Source of the DNA: Heteronotia binoei
Taxonomy: Eukaryota
Direction: 5' to 3'
Assembly: GCF_032191835.1 (NCBI RefSeq)
Contig: NC_083227.1
Span: 10,478,001 to 10,542,000 of the forward strand
DNA length: 64,000 nucleotides
The notes beneath the pieces are model-generated. The model searched no databases and had not been told where the DNA came from. It saw only the letters and a list, made by a program, of their open reading frames with translations. A program made the position numbers and the translations under genes. This document shows, in pieces, positions 1-12,028 of this stretch (position 1 is the first letter of the stretch; every line of letters starts with the position of its first letter).

Positions 1-533
1 TGTGTGGATTCTTTGATGGCAAGTAAGTTCTGTGCTGTTCTTAAAACATTTCCCACACTCCAGGCATTTGTGTGGTTTCTCCCCTCTGTGGCTACTTTGA
101 TGGACAGTAAGGTATGAACTCCAACTGAAGTTTTCCCCACACTCCAAGCATTTGTGTGGTTCCTCCCCTGTGGGAATTTTCTGATGACAAAAAAGGTGTG
201 AATTCTGACTGACGCTTTCCCCACCCTCCAGGCATTGATATATTCCCTTTCTGTTACGTATCCTTTGTTGAATATTAATAACTGATATTTCAGTCAAAGT
301 TTCCCTGCGTGCATTGCACTCATTCCTGTCCTCTGCTTGATATATTTTTTGCAATAGAGAGTCATCCCCCTGTAAAAGACTAGATTTAGTCCTCCCTTTA
401 GTTGGGAGTTTTCCCTTCTCCTCCTTTGGTACATCCAAATATTCAAACTTCCCTTTCATAACTGAATCTGTATCCTCTTTTTCCGTCAACCGGCGTTCTC
501 CTGCTTCATTCTCTGACTGCCAGACATCTCCTG
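1..533 (-). CDS. KRAB-ZNF gene A, zinc-finger exon (5' part; runs off left edge)
   Basis: Acceptor tttctttcag| at 534-543. Open frame [13 protein letters not shown]...CLECGENFSWSSYLTVHQSSH...CLECGKCFKNSTELTCHQRIHT. Reverse-complement paralog of 48877 onward. Confidence 0.9.
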
Positions 534-888
534 CTGAAAGAAAGTTATACCTGGTGTGATAATATGACACTTTTCACTAATACCTTATTTTGATTCCAGT
601 ATCACCTAAAGACTAACAAGGTTTTCCAGGTATACGTTTTTGGAGTTAAGGCTCCCTTTGTTGTATTTGATTCAGTCTTTCCATCCCAGTCAGAGGGTGA
701 GAGGGGTGCTGCGAAAGTGGAACTAAGAGGCAGAGGTACCGTACACATGGTAGTTAGTCTTTTTTTTTTAAGAACAAAAGAGAAATGCTTAGGGGAAGAA
801 GAGGAATGCTTAGGGGCCGAAAATTAGCACCTGTGAGATAAGAATACTATGTTCAGCCCCGGAAGGTCCACTATTCTGAATTAACTTA

Positions 889-1277
889 AGAAGAAGATGA
901 TGATATTGGATTTATATCCCGCCCTCCACTCCGAAGAGTCTCAGAGCGGCTCACAATCTCCTTTCCCTTCCTCCCCCACAACAGACACCCTGTGAGGTGG
1001 GTGGGGCTGAGAGGGCTCCCACAGCAGCTGCCCTTTCAAGGACAGAGGCTCAGAGTGGCCTACAATCTCCTTTATCTTCCTCCCCCACAACAGACACCCT
1101 GTGAGGTGGGTGGGGCTGAGAGGGCTCTCACAGCAGCTGCCCTTTCAAGGACAACCTCTGCCAGAGCTATGGCTGACCCAAGGCCATTCCAGCAGGTGCA
1201 AGTGGAGGAGTGGGGAATCAAACCCGGTTCTCCCAGATAAGAGTCCGCACACTTAACCACTAGACCAGACTGGCTCT
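889..1277 (-). mobile_element. tRNA-derived SINE (Squam2-like), with internal duplication
   Basis: Head GCCAGTxTGGTxTAGTGGTTAAG and tail GGAGGGCGGGATATAAAT. Same family at ~12470-12695, 27175-27462, 32315-32545, 41725-41945, 48241-48520, 53380-54080, 57226-57600. Family name is from memory. Confidence 0.8.
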
Positions 1278-1486
1278 ACTTAAGAACATAAGAAAAGCCA
1301 TGTTGGAGCAAGCCAAGGGCCATGCAATCCAACACTGCATCATGCAGTGCCCCCCCCCCAACCCCTCCCCACCAGCTGCAATCAGGTCCACCAGCAAGTC
1401 CAGAACTCCAGAAACCCCACCACCACTGCCTCACAACCACCAAGAATACTGAGCATCACTCGCCCCAGACAGACAGTTCTGTCTAT

Positions 1487-1750
1487 AAAGGTAAAGGTAG
1501 TCAGTCATTTCCAACTCTGGGGTGATGTCGCATCATGTTTTCACGGTAGACTTATTACAGGGTAGTTTGCCATTACTATTTCCCCCCAAGCAAGCTGGGT
1601 ACTCATTTGACCGACCTCGGAAGGATGGAAGGCTGAGTCAACCTGGAGCCGGCTACCTGAACCCAGCTTCCGCCGGGATCGAACTCAGGTCATGAACAGA
1701 GAGTTCAGACTGCGGTACTGCAGCTTTACCACTCTGTGCCACAGGGCTGC
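1487..1750 (-). mobile_element. Sauria-SINE-like element
   Basis: tRNA-like head and Bov-B-like 3' end with (ACCTTT)n tail. Inverted paralog at 47759-48027; partial copy at ~28684-28890. Confidence 0.75.
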
Positions 1751-2545
1751 TGGTTCCATATATACTTTGTGGCTAACGGCCACTCATGGACCTCCTGTCT
1801 GCTCTATATATTTATCCAATCCCTTCTTGAAGTTGTCATAGGAACATAAGAGCCCTGCTGGATCAGACCATCTAGTCATAAGAACATAAGAGAAGCCATG
1901 TTGGATCAGGCCAGTGGCAAAGTAAATTTTGCAAATGTGATTGCTTAAGAACATAAGAGAAGCCATGTTGGATCAGGCCAATGGCCCACCCAGTCCAACA
2001 GTCTGTGTCACAGAGTGGCCAAAAACATGCTTAAAACGTTAGCGCTCACTGGTCTTAAGGATGCTTTCTTTGTATTTCTCCCATGGGAGTCAGGGAACTG
2101 GGCAAAGGAAGCTCTGCCTCTTTCCTTCCTTCCCCAGGGAACCAGGAGGGGGAGAAGCCTCAGCCAATGGAGAAAATAGAGGTTTTGCTCTGTAGCTCCT
2201 GTACAATTGATCGAGCCTTGCAAAGCAAGCTGTGATGCAGAAGGAAGCAAAAAGAAAGGGAGAAGGAAGCAGATGACAGCCAGTTGCTCGGGGGCCTGAT
2301 AGGAGCCCTCCGGGGGCCTGATTTGGCTCCTGAACTGCATGTCTGAGACCGCAGTCTACTCCATATGCTTATCCAATCCCCTCTTGAAGCTGGCTCTGCT
2401 TGTAGCAGTCACTGCTTTTAGTTTCAAATAGTCTCCAGGCTTTTTGAAGAGGTTTGACCCTCCTTACGTTTCCTTTCAGTTTCTTCTTCACCAGCCCTCT
2501 CAGCTGAAAGAAGTTACCCCTTTGAAAGTTAAAACCGGTTGTGTA

Positions 2546-3112
2546 CCGTGTTCGCTATAAAGTGCTGGTTATCACCTTTAAAGCCCTATATGGCCGGGGA
2601 CCTGCCTACCTAAGGGACCACCTCTCCCCATATGTTCCCCAGAGAGCACTGAGATCTAGCTCTCAAAACCTTCTAACAATCCCTGGGCCAAGAGAGGCTA
2701 GATTGAAGGCTACTAGGGAGCAAGCCTTCTCAGTAATGGCCCCTCGATGGTGGAATCATCTTCCAGAGATGGTGCGAGCCCTGCGGGACCTGAACCAATT
2801 CCGCGGGGCTTGCAAAACATTTCTTTTCCAGCTCGCTTTCGAGGCAGAACCTGACTAATCTGACGTGTAGCCATTTAGCCGTCTGTGGATATTATGACTT
2901 ACAGTATTTTTAGCACCTATTTATCTGTTTTACCTAATTTAAATAACTTATTATGAAACTGACTATATTTAAAACTGTTTACATTGTTTTACTTGAATTC
3001 TGGAATTTTACTTGAATTTACTGGAATTCCATGTTTGTGAGCCGCCCTGAGCCCGCCTTTGGCGGGGGAGGGCGGGATATAAGAATAAATTTATTATTAT
3101 TATTATTATTAT
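2546..3112 (+). mobile_element. 5'-truncated L2 LINE (gene A-specific)
   Basis: ORF2 C-terminus KVLVITFKALYGRGPAYLRDHL...AFSVMAPRWWNHLP; tail gagccgccctgag...gggcgggatat(ATT)n. Absent at the homologous gene B site (~26970). Confidence 0.85.
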
Positions 3113-3174
3113 TGTGTTGGTCTTTTTGGGCAACTCCCCAGCATTTACATCAACGTTAGGCTTAATAACATTAT

Positions 3175-3470
3175 GAGAACAAAACAAGAAGTCAAGTTGC
3201 ACCTTTTAAGGCCAGCTTAGTGTGGCCGGACCTGCCTGTCCCACATTGGTCTTGTCAGCCACCAGCGAGCCTGCAGCAAACGTGGACTATTGCACCCTTC
3301 TTAAATCTTCGTTCGCGAAGCCAAGCCGAGAGAGAGTTTTATTCAGAACGCAAGCTTTCGTGTGCTCTCTAAGCTTACGTCCTGAATAAAACTAAGTTGG
3401 TCTTAAAGGTGCCACTGGACTCCTATTTTGTTCTACTACTTCAGACCAACACGGGTGACCACTTGGACCT
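3175..3470. mobile_element. Penelope-like terminal-repeat remnant
   Basis: Motif aagcttacgtcctgaataaaact...cttaaaggtgccactggactcc...ttcagaccaacacgg. Related pieces at 15245-15445, 59085-59490, 62020-62090. Confidence 0.65.
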
Positions 3471-3471
3471 A

Positions 3472-6400
3472 CCGTATATACTCGAGTATAAGCCGACCCG
3501 AATATAAGCCGAGGCTTCTAATTTTACCCCCAAAATCTGGGAAAACTTATTGACTCGAGTATAAGCCGAGGGTGGGAAGCGCAGCAGTTACTGGTAAATT
3601 ACAAAATTAAAACACTGGTAGATACCAATAAAACGACATTCATTGAGGCAGTAAACTATTGTTCTGCAAGTAGAAAAGAGGGTCAACCTAAACAATATGG
3701 TATCAACAATAACTAAAAAGTACAAAACCTTAGCTCAATCAGCAACTACGGTAAGCTAAAACACAAGAGCTAAAATCCTTCAAAACTGGATTCCTCCTCA
3801 TCATCTGTATGCCCAAATAGAGCTTCAGCTTCAGTCGGTGTGAGGGTATCAGCGTAGATATTGCCATCACCACTGAGTTCGCAATCATCGCCATCACTGC
3901 TGTCATTTCTCATACACAGCGCTGTCTTCACTGCCCTCCATAGCATTACTAATGCCACATTTCTTAAAGGCACGTTGCACCATGTCTTCTGGAATATCTT
4001 CCCATGCATCACGAACCCACGTTGCTATCAGTTCTATGTGGGGCTTCTTTAGATTTCCAACTTTTGTCAGTTGGGCTTGACCAGATGACATCCATTCATG
4101 CCACATCTTTCGCACACGGTCTTTGAAAGGTTTATTTAAACACACATCTAGGGGCTGTAATACAGATGTAAGCCCACCTGGAATAACGGCCAAAGTAACT
4201 TGAGAAGACTTTGCCAATTTTTTTATGTCATCAGATGTGTGAGCCCTGAACATATCCCAAACTAGCAATGAAGGTTTTTTCTTCAAGGCTGCTCCTGGTC
4301 GTCCTTTCCAAATTTCTTCCAGCCATTTTTTTTGTTCCTTGTTCATCCATCCAGCCTTTAATATGTGCCCGCACGTTTATTCGTGGTGGAAATTTCACCT
4401 TTTTAGGCAATGTCTTCCTTTTAAAAATAATGACAGGCCGCAGCTTAGTTCCATTAGCCAAACATGAGAGAACGGCTGTGAAATGGGTTTTTTCATTTCC
4501 TGTGGTCCTGAGTAAAATAGTTTTGTCTGCCAAACTTGCCACAGTTCTGTTGCTGGGAAGATCAAAGGTCATAGGTGTTTCATCCATATTCCCAATATCT
4601 CCCAAGTCGTAGTTATGGCTCCTTCTTTGTTTTATGATGAATTAATGGAATGACATCACTTTTTCATCAAGGTCTTTTGGCAACTTCTGTGCAATCTTTG
4701 TTCTTTGCCGCAAACATAGGTCAAACCTGTTCATGAAGCGGGAACACCATCCTGCTGTCGCAGCAAAATTTTCAATGCCTGGTGCTTTTAGTTTGTCGTC
4801 TTTAGCCATTTGAAGGGCACGTAAGCGAATTCCCATGCGTGTTACACAGTAGCCATTTTGACGACACTCCATAACCCACTTATGCAATTCAGTCTCTAGA
4901 GCCCCATAGGGACTCGTTAAACCACGTCGAGCTTTTTTTGCCTTTGGGATTTTTTCCAAGTCAGCTTTCATTTTCCGCCAGTCCCTCACTTGTTTTTCAG
5001 CAACACAAAATTCCCTACTTGCAATGCTGTTATTGCTTTCTTCTGCTCTTGCCACAACTTTAAGTTTGAAACCAGCTTCGTATGACCTGCGTTTTTGTTT
5101 TGATCCAGTATTAGAGGTAGTGGGATCCATTTCTAACGGAATTAAAAAAAAGCATAGCGTATATTTCCCAATATATACGGTACATATGGGCACATATGGG
5201 CATTATACACAGGACAGCGGCATAAAATTGTTTGGGTGTGAATCCAGGGGTAAATGACAACCCCTGGATCTGTCACTGAGGAAGGGAGGGTGCTTCCGCG
5301 GCTCCCGCCTATGCACTCATCTCGAGTCCCTACTGGCCGCCTCACGCCCGCCATCTCCCCGCCCGCTGAAATGGCTTGCATCTGTTTCAGTCTGAGGTGA
5401 TAGGCACACCAGCCCTGCTGTTAGGCTGAAATTGATGCAAGCCATTTTAGCGATTCCTCTCGATTTCCCCCATCCCCAAGCTGCACAGACCTCCTGATAA
5501 CCACGTGGAGGGTTGTGGGAAGGGTTGTTAACAGGGATGGGCATGAGCCTTGGTTTGTGAACCGCGACTCAAGACAGTTTTTGTGATGAAATTAGGGTTG
5601 TGGGGAGGTTCATGGCCATTCCTAATCTTGATTTAGTCAAAGACTAAATTAGGATGATCTTGTTAATGACAATCTTTTTGGGTCTCTCAGATCTTAAATG
5701 TTTTGATGCAATGTAAACAGAAAATGTGTCACCGTACTTATTCTTTCTACAATTTAGACATCAGAGCTAGCTAATGTTACTACTTCCATCTTTATTTTGC
5801 AGAAATGGATGGCAGAGGCAATCAGCCTGAAGAATTCCTGTCCAGTGGAAACTCTCAGTGAAAGCTTTAAACTTAAACTGAGAGCTAAAAACTAATTTAT
5901 TTTTATTTAAATAGTATGGACATAATTTTTGTTTCAAAAGGGCTAATACAATTAAATTTTGTATGAGAATATTTTTTAGGAAAACTCTAGTCCTATAGAA
6001 AAAGAGTTATACTGATGTTACTTTTGTCTAGAAAGGGAAAATTTTGCCCACAAAATTCCAAACATACTCATCTGTTCTGAAAATGAACTTTAGTGTAGGT
6101 AGTAGATCCACTTAACAAACACAGAATCATCCCATTCTTAAATAGATCATATGAGTTTCTGTGCTGTCCTTAACAGTGTTGTTCACTGAACCCAAACCTG
6201 AAGCAATAACTTGTTTTACTCACTTTGTCTGTAGGAAGATTGGCTGGCCCAAAGGAGCCAATCCTGCAGGGAGAATTCTTCCTGCAGGGTGGGCTGGACC
6301 ATTAACACAATTCAAAGGAGGGAGAGCAAAATAGAGGGCAGCCATTTACCGTAAACAGAAAAGCTGATGGGCAGACCCTTTCAGCTGGTAGGTTTAAATT

Positions 6401-6826
6401 CTTGTAAGCCATTAAACCCCCTGGTTTGCTCCCCCTGCTTTGAAGGGGGGGTGGTGGTAAGAAAGATTGCTGAAATGGCCTCACGGCCGCCATCTCCCCA
6501 CCCGCCTCACGGCCGCCATCTCCCCGCCCGCCTCACGGCCGGAGGTTTGCCGCGAATCTGGTTCTGCATTTGCGTTCAGAACCCCGGGGGGGAGACCCTG
6601 AAAAAGTTACTCCCGCTGCATCTCGGGAAGGGGATTGTAGCTGCCTCGCTCACATAGGCGGAAACGTCTGCAATGCCTTTCGAAACCCTGGCTGCCGAGG
6701 AGCTGCCAACGCAAACACCGCCATCTCCCCGCCCGCCTCACGCGTGAGTCGAGTATAAGCCGAGGAGGGGGTTTTTCTGCCCAAAATTTGGGCAGAAAAA
6801 CTCAGCTTATACTCGAGTATATACGG
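3472..6826 (-). mobile_element. Full-length pogo-superfamily (Passer-type, DD35D) DNA transposon
   Basis: 22-bp perfect TIRs CCGTATATACTCGAGTATAAGC; TA target duplication at 3470-3471 and 6827-6828; subterminal repeats of the TIR core; transposase inside. Confidence 0.95.
3770..5130 (-). pseudogene. Passer/pogo transposase (Brinker-like + CENP-B HTH + DDE_1) with three lesions
   Basis: MDPTTSN...KRRSYEAGFKLKVV...LRQRTKIAQKLP is intact up to an in-frame TAA at 4642-4644. Then DETP, +1 frameshift in T8 (4326-4333), LVWDMFRAH...LQPLD (35 residues between the two D), and +1 frameshift at 3906-3908. Confidence 0.92.
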
Positions 6827-7044
6827 TATTTATTAACATTACGGTCACTGTTCCCGACCGGTATTATCGCATTTACATCTGATGACCCTGAAGCAGGGGG
6901 AGGGCCTCCAAACTGAGGGAACCCCTGCCCCCACCTGGGGATTAAACACAACGGGAAACCACAGTCCACAGATAATTCGAAATTTACAGAACCCACAGTG
7001 TACTAACAGGGTTGCCACTAAAATTTTATTTTTCATTTCCCGGA

Positions 7045-8290
7045 CTTAACATAAGAGAAGCCATGTTGGATCAGGCCAATGGCCCATCCAGTCCAACACT
7101 CTGTGTCACATAAGAACATAAGAGAAGCCATGTTGGACCAGGCCAGTGGCCCATCCAGTCCAACACACCGTGTCACATAAGAACATAAGCGAAGCCATGT
7201 TGGACTAGGCCAGTGGCCCATCCAGTCCAACACACTGTGTCACATAAGAACATAAGAGAAGCCATGTTGGATCAGGCCAGTGGCCCCTCCAGTCCAACAC
7301 ACTGTGTCACACAGTGGCCAAAAACCCCCAAGTGCCATCAGGAGGTCTACCAGTGGAGTTAGAAGTCCTTCCACTGTGCCCCTCTCCCAAGCACCAAGAA
7401 TACAGAGCGTCACTACCCCAGACAGAGTTCCAACAATACGCTGTGGCTAATAGCCAGTGATGGACCTCTGCTCCAGTTGTTGATCCAATCCCATCTTGAA
7501 GCTGGTTATGCTTGTAGCCGCCACCACCTCCTGTGGCAGTGAATTCCGCATGTTAAAAATCCTTTGGGTGAAGAATTACTTCCTTTTATCCGTTCTAACC
7601 TGACTGCTCAGCAATTTCATTGAATGTCCACGAGTTCTTGTATTGTGAGAAAGGGAGAAAGGGACTTCTTTCTCTACCTTCTCTATCCCATGCATAATCT
7701 TGTAAACCTCTATCATGTCACCCCGCAGTCAACGTTTTTGTAAGCTAAAGAGCCCCAAGTGTTTTAACCTTTATTCATAGGGAAAGTGTTCTGCCCCTTG
7801 AATCATTCTAGTTGCCCTTTTCTGTACTTTTTCCAATGTTATAATATCTTTTTTGAGGTGCAGTGACCAAAATTGTACATAGTACTCCAAATGAGATCGC
7901 ACCATCAATTTATACAAGGGCATTATGATACTGGCTATTTTCAGTTCCCTTCCTAATAATTCCCAGCATGGCGTTGCCCTTTTTTATTGCAATTACAGCA
8001 CACTGTCTTGACATTTTCAGTGAGTTATCCACCATGACCCCAAGATCTCTCTCTTGGTCAGTCTCTGCCAGTTCACACCCCGTCAACTTGTATTTATAGC
8101 TAGGATTTTTGGCCCCAATGTGCATTACTTTGCACTTGGTCACACTGAACATCATCTGCCACGTTGACGTCCACTCACCCAGCCTCGATAGATCTCTTCG
8201 GAGTGCCTCACAATCCTCTCTGGTTCTCATCACCCTGAATAACTTAGTTTCATCTGCAAACTTAGCCACTTCACTGCTTACTCCCAACTC
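7045..8290 (-). mobile_element. CR1 LINE 3' fragment with tandem 3'-tail units
   Basis: RT motif VAKFADETKLFR and (CATAAGAA)n tail. Paralog at 45345-46660 in the same + strand orientation. Confidence 0.9.
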
Positions 8291-9796
8291 CTAATCGTTA
8301 ATGAACAAGTTAAATTGCTTGTTCCTGTTGGAGTTTACAGAGTACCAGCTCTCTCACCCGCTTCCTGATTTCTCCCTTGCATAAAGGTTGCAAATGAGGG
8401 TTGTCTGCTTCTCTAGATTGCAGAAACCACCTCCTTTCTTGATGCTGATCTGCTTATTACACTTTCTGGAACCTGAAAGTGAAACTTTCCCAGCTTTGGA
8501 AAGTTCCTATTTGTTAGCATTGAGAGTTTACTTGAATTGAAGTTTGTATCTTGGTGTAATTTTTGGGACAATTGCAAAACAGATGTCCCTGCAGTTAATT
8601 TTGAAAGAAGCTGATATTGAATGTCTTTCTTCGACAAATATTTTTGCAGTTGAGACCTGTGTAGTTGTAGAGTGGAACATTTCCTTAAGGCTTGCATTTA
8701 TGCAACATGACCTATTCATTTTTTTTAAACTTGCTGTTATGTTTGAATGGTGGTCAGGGAAAGTCACTGCCACGGAAGGTGGTGGCGGCTGCAAGCATAG
8801 CCAGCTTCAAGAGGGGGTTAGATAAAAATATGGGGCAGAGGTCCATCAGTGGCTATTAGCCACAGTGTGTTTGTGTATATATATTGGCCACTGTGTGACA
8901 CAGTGTTGGACTGGATGGGCCATTGGCCTGATCCAACATGGCTTCTCTTATGTTCTTAAGCAATCACATTTGCAAAATTTACTTTGCACAGTGCAGAGTA
9001 GAAAGTGCTAGTTGTCTGTGAAATCCAACAGCAGCGAAACCCATTTGCAACCCTCTGCTGGATTTTAGCAGGAGACAAAACATCAATTCCAGACAGAAGC
9101 ATGACCCAAAAAACAGGCTTATCTTTATATGTAAGTTAAATGCAGTACTAACAGGTAGGGATGAAAACAGTTAGATGTTTAAAGTTTGTGAACTGCTAAA
9201 TGCTTAAACTAGCCTTGCTTTGAAAATGCTACAGGCAGACCATGGAAATCATGCAGGGACAGAGCTCAACAAACACATTAGGCTGGTCGCTGGGGGTGGA
9301 GCTGAGAAAAAGGTGGACTGGGAAAGGGCATCATTAAGCGGCTCACAATCTCCTTTATCTTTCACCCCCGCACAGACACCCTGCGAGGTAGGTGAGGCTG
9401 AGAGAGTTCTCCCCAAAGCTCCCCTTCCAAGGACTGCTCTGCAAGAGCTATGGCTGACCCACAATTGGAGGAGTGGGGAGTCAAACCTGGTTCACCCAGG
9501 TAAGAGTCCACACGCTTAACCACTACACCAAAACAAAATGCACAATTCTATCATCCTGAAACCATCACCGCCGCCCCTCCCCCTGGTCAGTGGAAAAATT
9601 GTCTTCCACAAAACCGGTCCTTGGTGCCAAAAAGGTTGGGGAACGCTGTTCCAAGGAATAACGTTTGGCTGTTTCTTTAAACAGATGCAGTTATATGGTG
9701 CATGTTTGCTTTAACCGATACCATGTTGCATCCAGTGCTTATTACAAAAAAACGCAGGCGACGCACAGTCCCAAGAGAGATATTTTCAGCCCTTAC

Positions 9797-9892
9797 CTGC
9801 CAATCCTTCCTCTTCATCGCAGCCCAAGAGAAACAGCCCTTCCTCCTCTTCTTCCAGCCGGGATATGAGGTCAGGTTTAGCAATCAGAGGTC
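9797..9892 (-). CDS. Gene A KRAB-B exon (96 bp, phase 1-1)
   Basis: aaacag|GA...GCAG|gtaagg; encodes (G)PLIAKPDLISRLEEEEEGLFLLGCDEEEGLA. Confidence 0.9.
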
Positions 9893-10843
9893 CTGTTTAT
9901 CACGGAAGCACACACACAAAATTAGACACCTTCTGTGTACCCATAGATTCAGCAATTCCATGCCAATAAGAACATAAGAGAAACCATGTTGGATCAGGCC
10001 AACGGCCCATCCAGTCCAACACTCTGTGTCACACAGTGGCAAAAAAATTTATATATACACACACACTGTGGCTAATAGCCAGACTCCTGTCCCTCTAGAA
10101 GAGGGGCGGCCAAACTTGCTTAATGTAAGAGCCACGTTGAATAAATATCAGATGTGTGAGTGCCGCAACGTGAACATAGGGAGGGAGGGAGGAATTAATT
10201 AATTGCTGAGCAGTCGGGTTAGAACAGATAAAAGGAAGTCCTTCTTCACCCAAAGGGTGATTAACACGTGGAATTCACTGCCACAGGAAGTGGTGGCGGC
10301 TGCAAGCATAGACAGCTTCAAGAGGGGATTGGATAAAAATATGGAGCAGAGGTCCATCAGTGGCTATTAACCACAGCATATTGTTGGAACTCTCTGTCTG
10401 GGGCAGTGATGCTCTGTATTCTTGGTGCTGGTGCGGGGTGGGGGGGCAACAGTGCAGGGCTTCCAGTGTTCTGGCCCCACTGGTGGACCAGACTGGAGGG
10501 AAGCCCCTGTTTAGATTACCCCACCATCTCCAGACTAGGCCTCCCCTGCTGGCACCTCTTCCGATGCCCTCGCTCACTCAGGGATTGCGTTTCCTGCATT
10601 GTGCAGGGGGTTGAACTAGATGGACCCTAGAGGTCCCTTCCAACTCTATGATTCTTTGACTGCCAGGCAGGGGCTCCCTCTCTGCAAAGAAGGCACAGAA
10701 CCCTCCTCACATCAGGAGGAGGAGAGTGGAGGGAGGCAGAGACCAGCCACTGGGACCAGGGCAGACAGCCTGGCCACGCCCTCCCTCCTGAAGGGCTTCT
10801 TTATCCTCACTCCTCACTGCAGGAAGGAGCAAAGGATCCTCAC

Positions 10844-10970
10844 CCAGAGAGGCCACGTTCCCATAATTCTCCAGCATGACTTCCTTGTACAGAGCTCTTT
10901 GCGTTGGACTCAGCAGGCTCCACTCCCCCGGGGTGAAATTCACGGCCACCTCTTCGAAGGACACCCCCGC
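10844..10970 (-). CDS. Gene A KRAB-A exon (127 bp)
   Basis: cttgcag|...CTGG|gtgagg; encodes [42 protein letters not shown]. Confidence 0.95.
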
Positions 10971-11444
10971 CTGCAAGACAGAGAAGGAAGTGTTTCTTTA
11001 CACCTGGAAAGCCGGTTCATTGGGGGCAGCCAGAAACAGAGTGAGGCAATTCAGAGGGAAAGGACGGCACAAAGAGGCGGGGAGAAGAGCCCCGTGGGGA
11101 CGTCTCCCTGTTCATCCCTCCTTGGGGGACTCTTGGAACTTAGGGGGGCTGTCCTCACCCCCAGTGGGGTAGCAGCCTTGTGGGGAAGAGGCCAGAGATG
11201 TCTGGATGATAAAAGGACTAAACCATATGCCATGGGAAATTCTATATTGTTATGGGAACATTTGGAGTTTGGACAAATCAATAGTTACGTTCTAATTTTC
11301 TGGCTTCTCCACAACAACCATCCTAGACAGGAGGGGGGTGACCGTTTTTCAGCCTCCCCAGTGGGGAATGCTAGACACAATGGGAAGGGGCCTGATCCTC
11401 TGAGCATTACAAGAGAGGAGACGTCCTTACTGTCTGCTGTACGT

Positions 11445-11990
11445 CTCCCCAGTGATTCTGGAGAGAAGGTGGCTGAGAGGCGATATGATCACCATCTTCA
11501 AAGACTTGAAGGGCTCTCCTATAGAGCAGGGGTGGCCAACGGTAGCTCTCCATGTTTTTTTTGCCTACAACTCCCATCAGCCCTAGCCAGCATGGCCAAT
11601 GGCTGGGGCTGATGGGAGTTGTAGGCAAAAAAAGCATCTGGAGAGCTACCGCTGGCCACCCCTGTTATAGCGGATGGTGTGGAATTGTTTTCTGTGGCCT
11701 CAGAAGGGAGGACTGGAACCAAGGGGTTGAAATTAAATCAAAAGAGTTTCCGGCACAACATTAGGAAGAACTTCCTGACCGTTGGAGCAGTCTTTCAGTG
11801 GAACAGGCTTCCTTGGGAGGTGCTGGGCTCTCCTTCCTTGGAGGTTTTTAAACAGAGGTTAGGTGGCCATCTGACGCAATTAAGAGCCTGTGAATTTAGG
11901 GGATGGTATTTGTGAATTTCCTGCATTGGGCAGGGGGTTGGACTAGATGACCCTGGAGGTCCCTTCCACCTCTTACAGTTCTATGATTCT
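11445..11990 (+). mobile_element. CR1 3' fragment with nested hAT MITE (11527-11664)
   Basis: CR1 ORF2 end (ELFSVASEGRTGTKGLKL) and CTATGATT tail. Paralogs at ~31300-31860 and ~42410-42960. Confidence 0.85.
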
Positions 11991-12028
11991 TCCCCTCCAC
12001 ACACACACACACACACACACTCACATAC

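Noticed and set aside
10620-11612. 330-aa ORF, and similar long ORFs at 13636-14433, 33315-34289, 39995-40722, 43156-43995
   Set aside because: GC-rich low-complexity or antisense to KRAB exons; frames and ends are not conserved among paralogs; no domain recognised.
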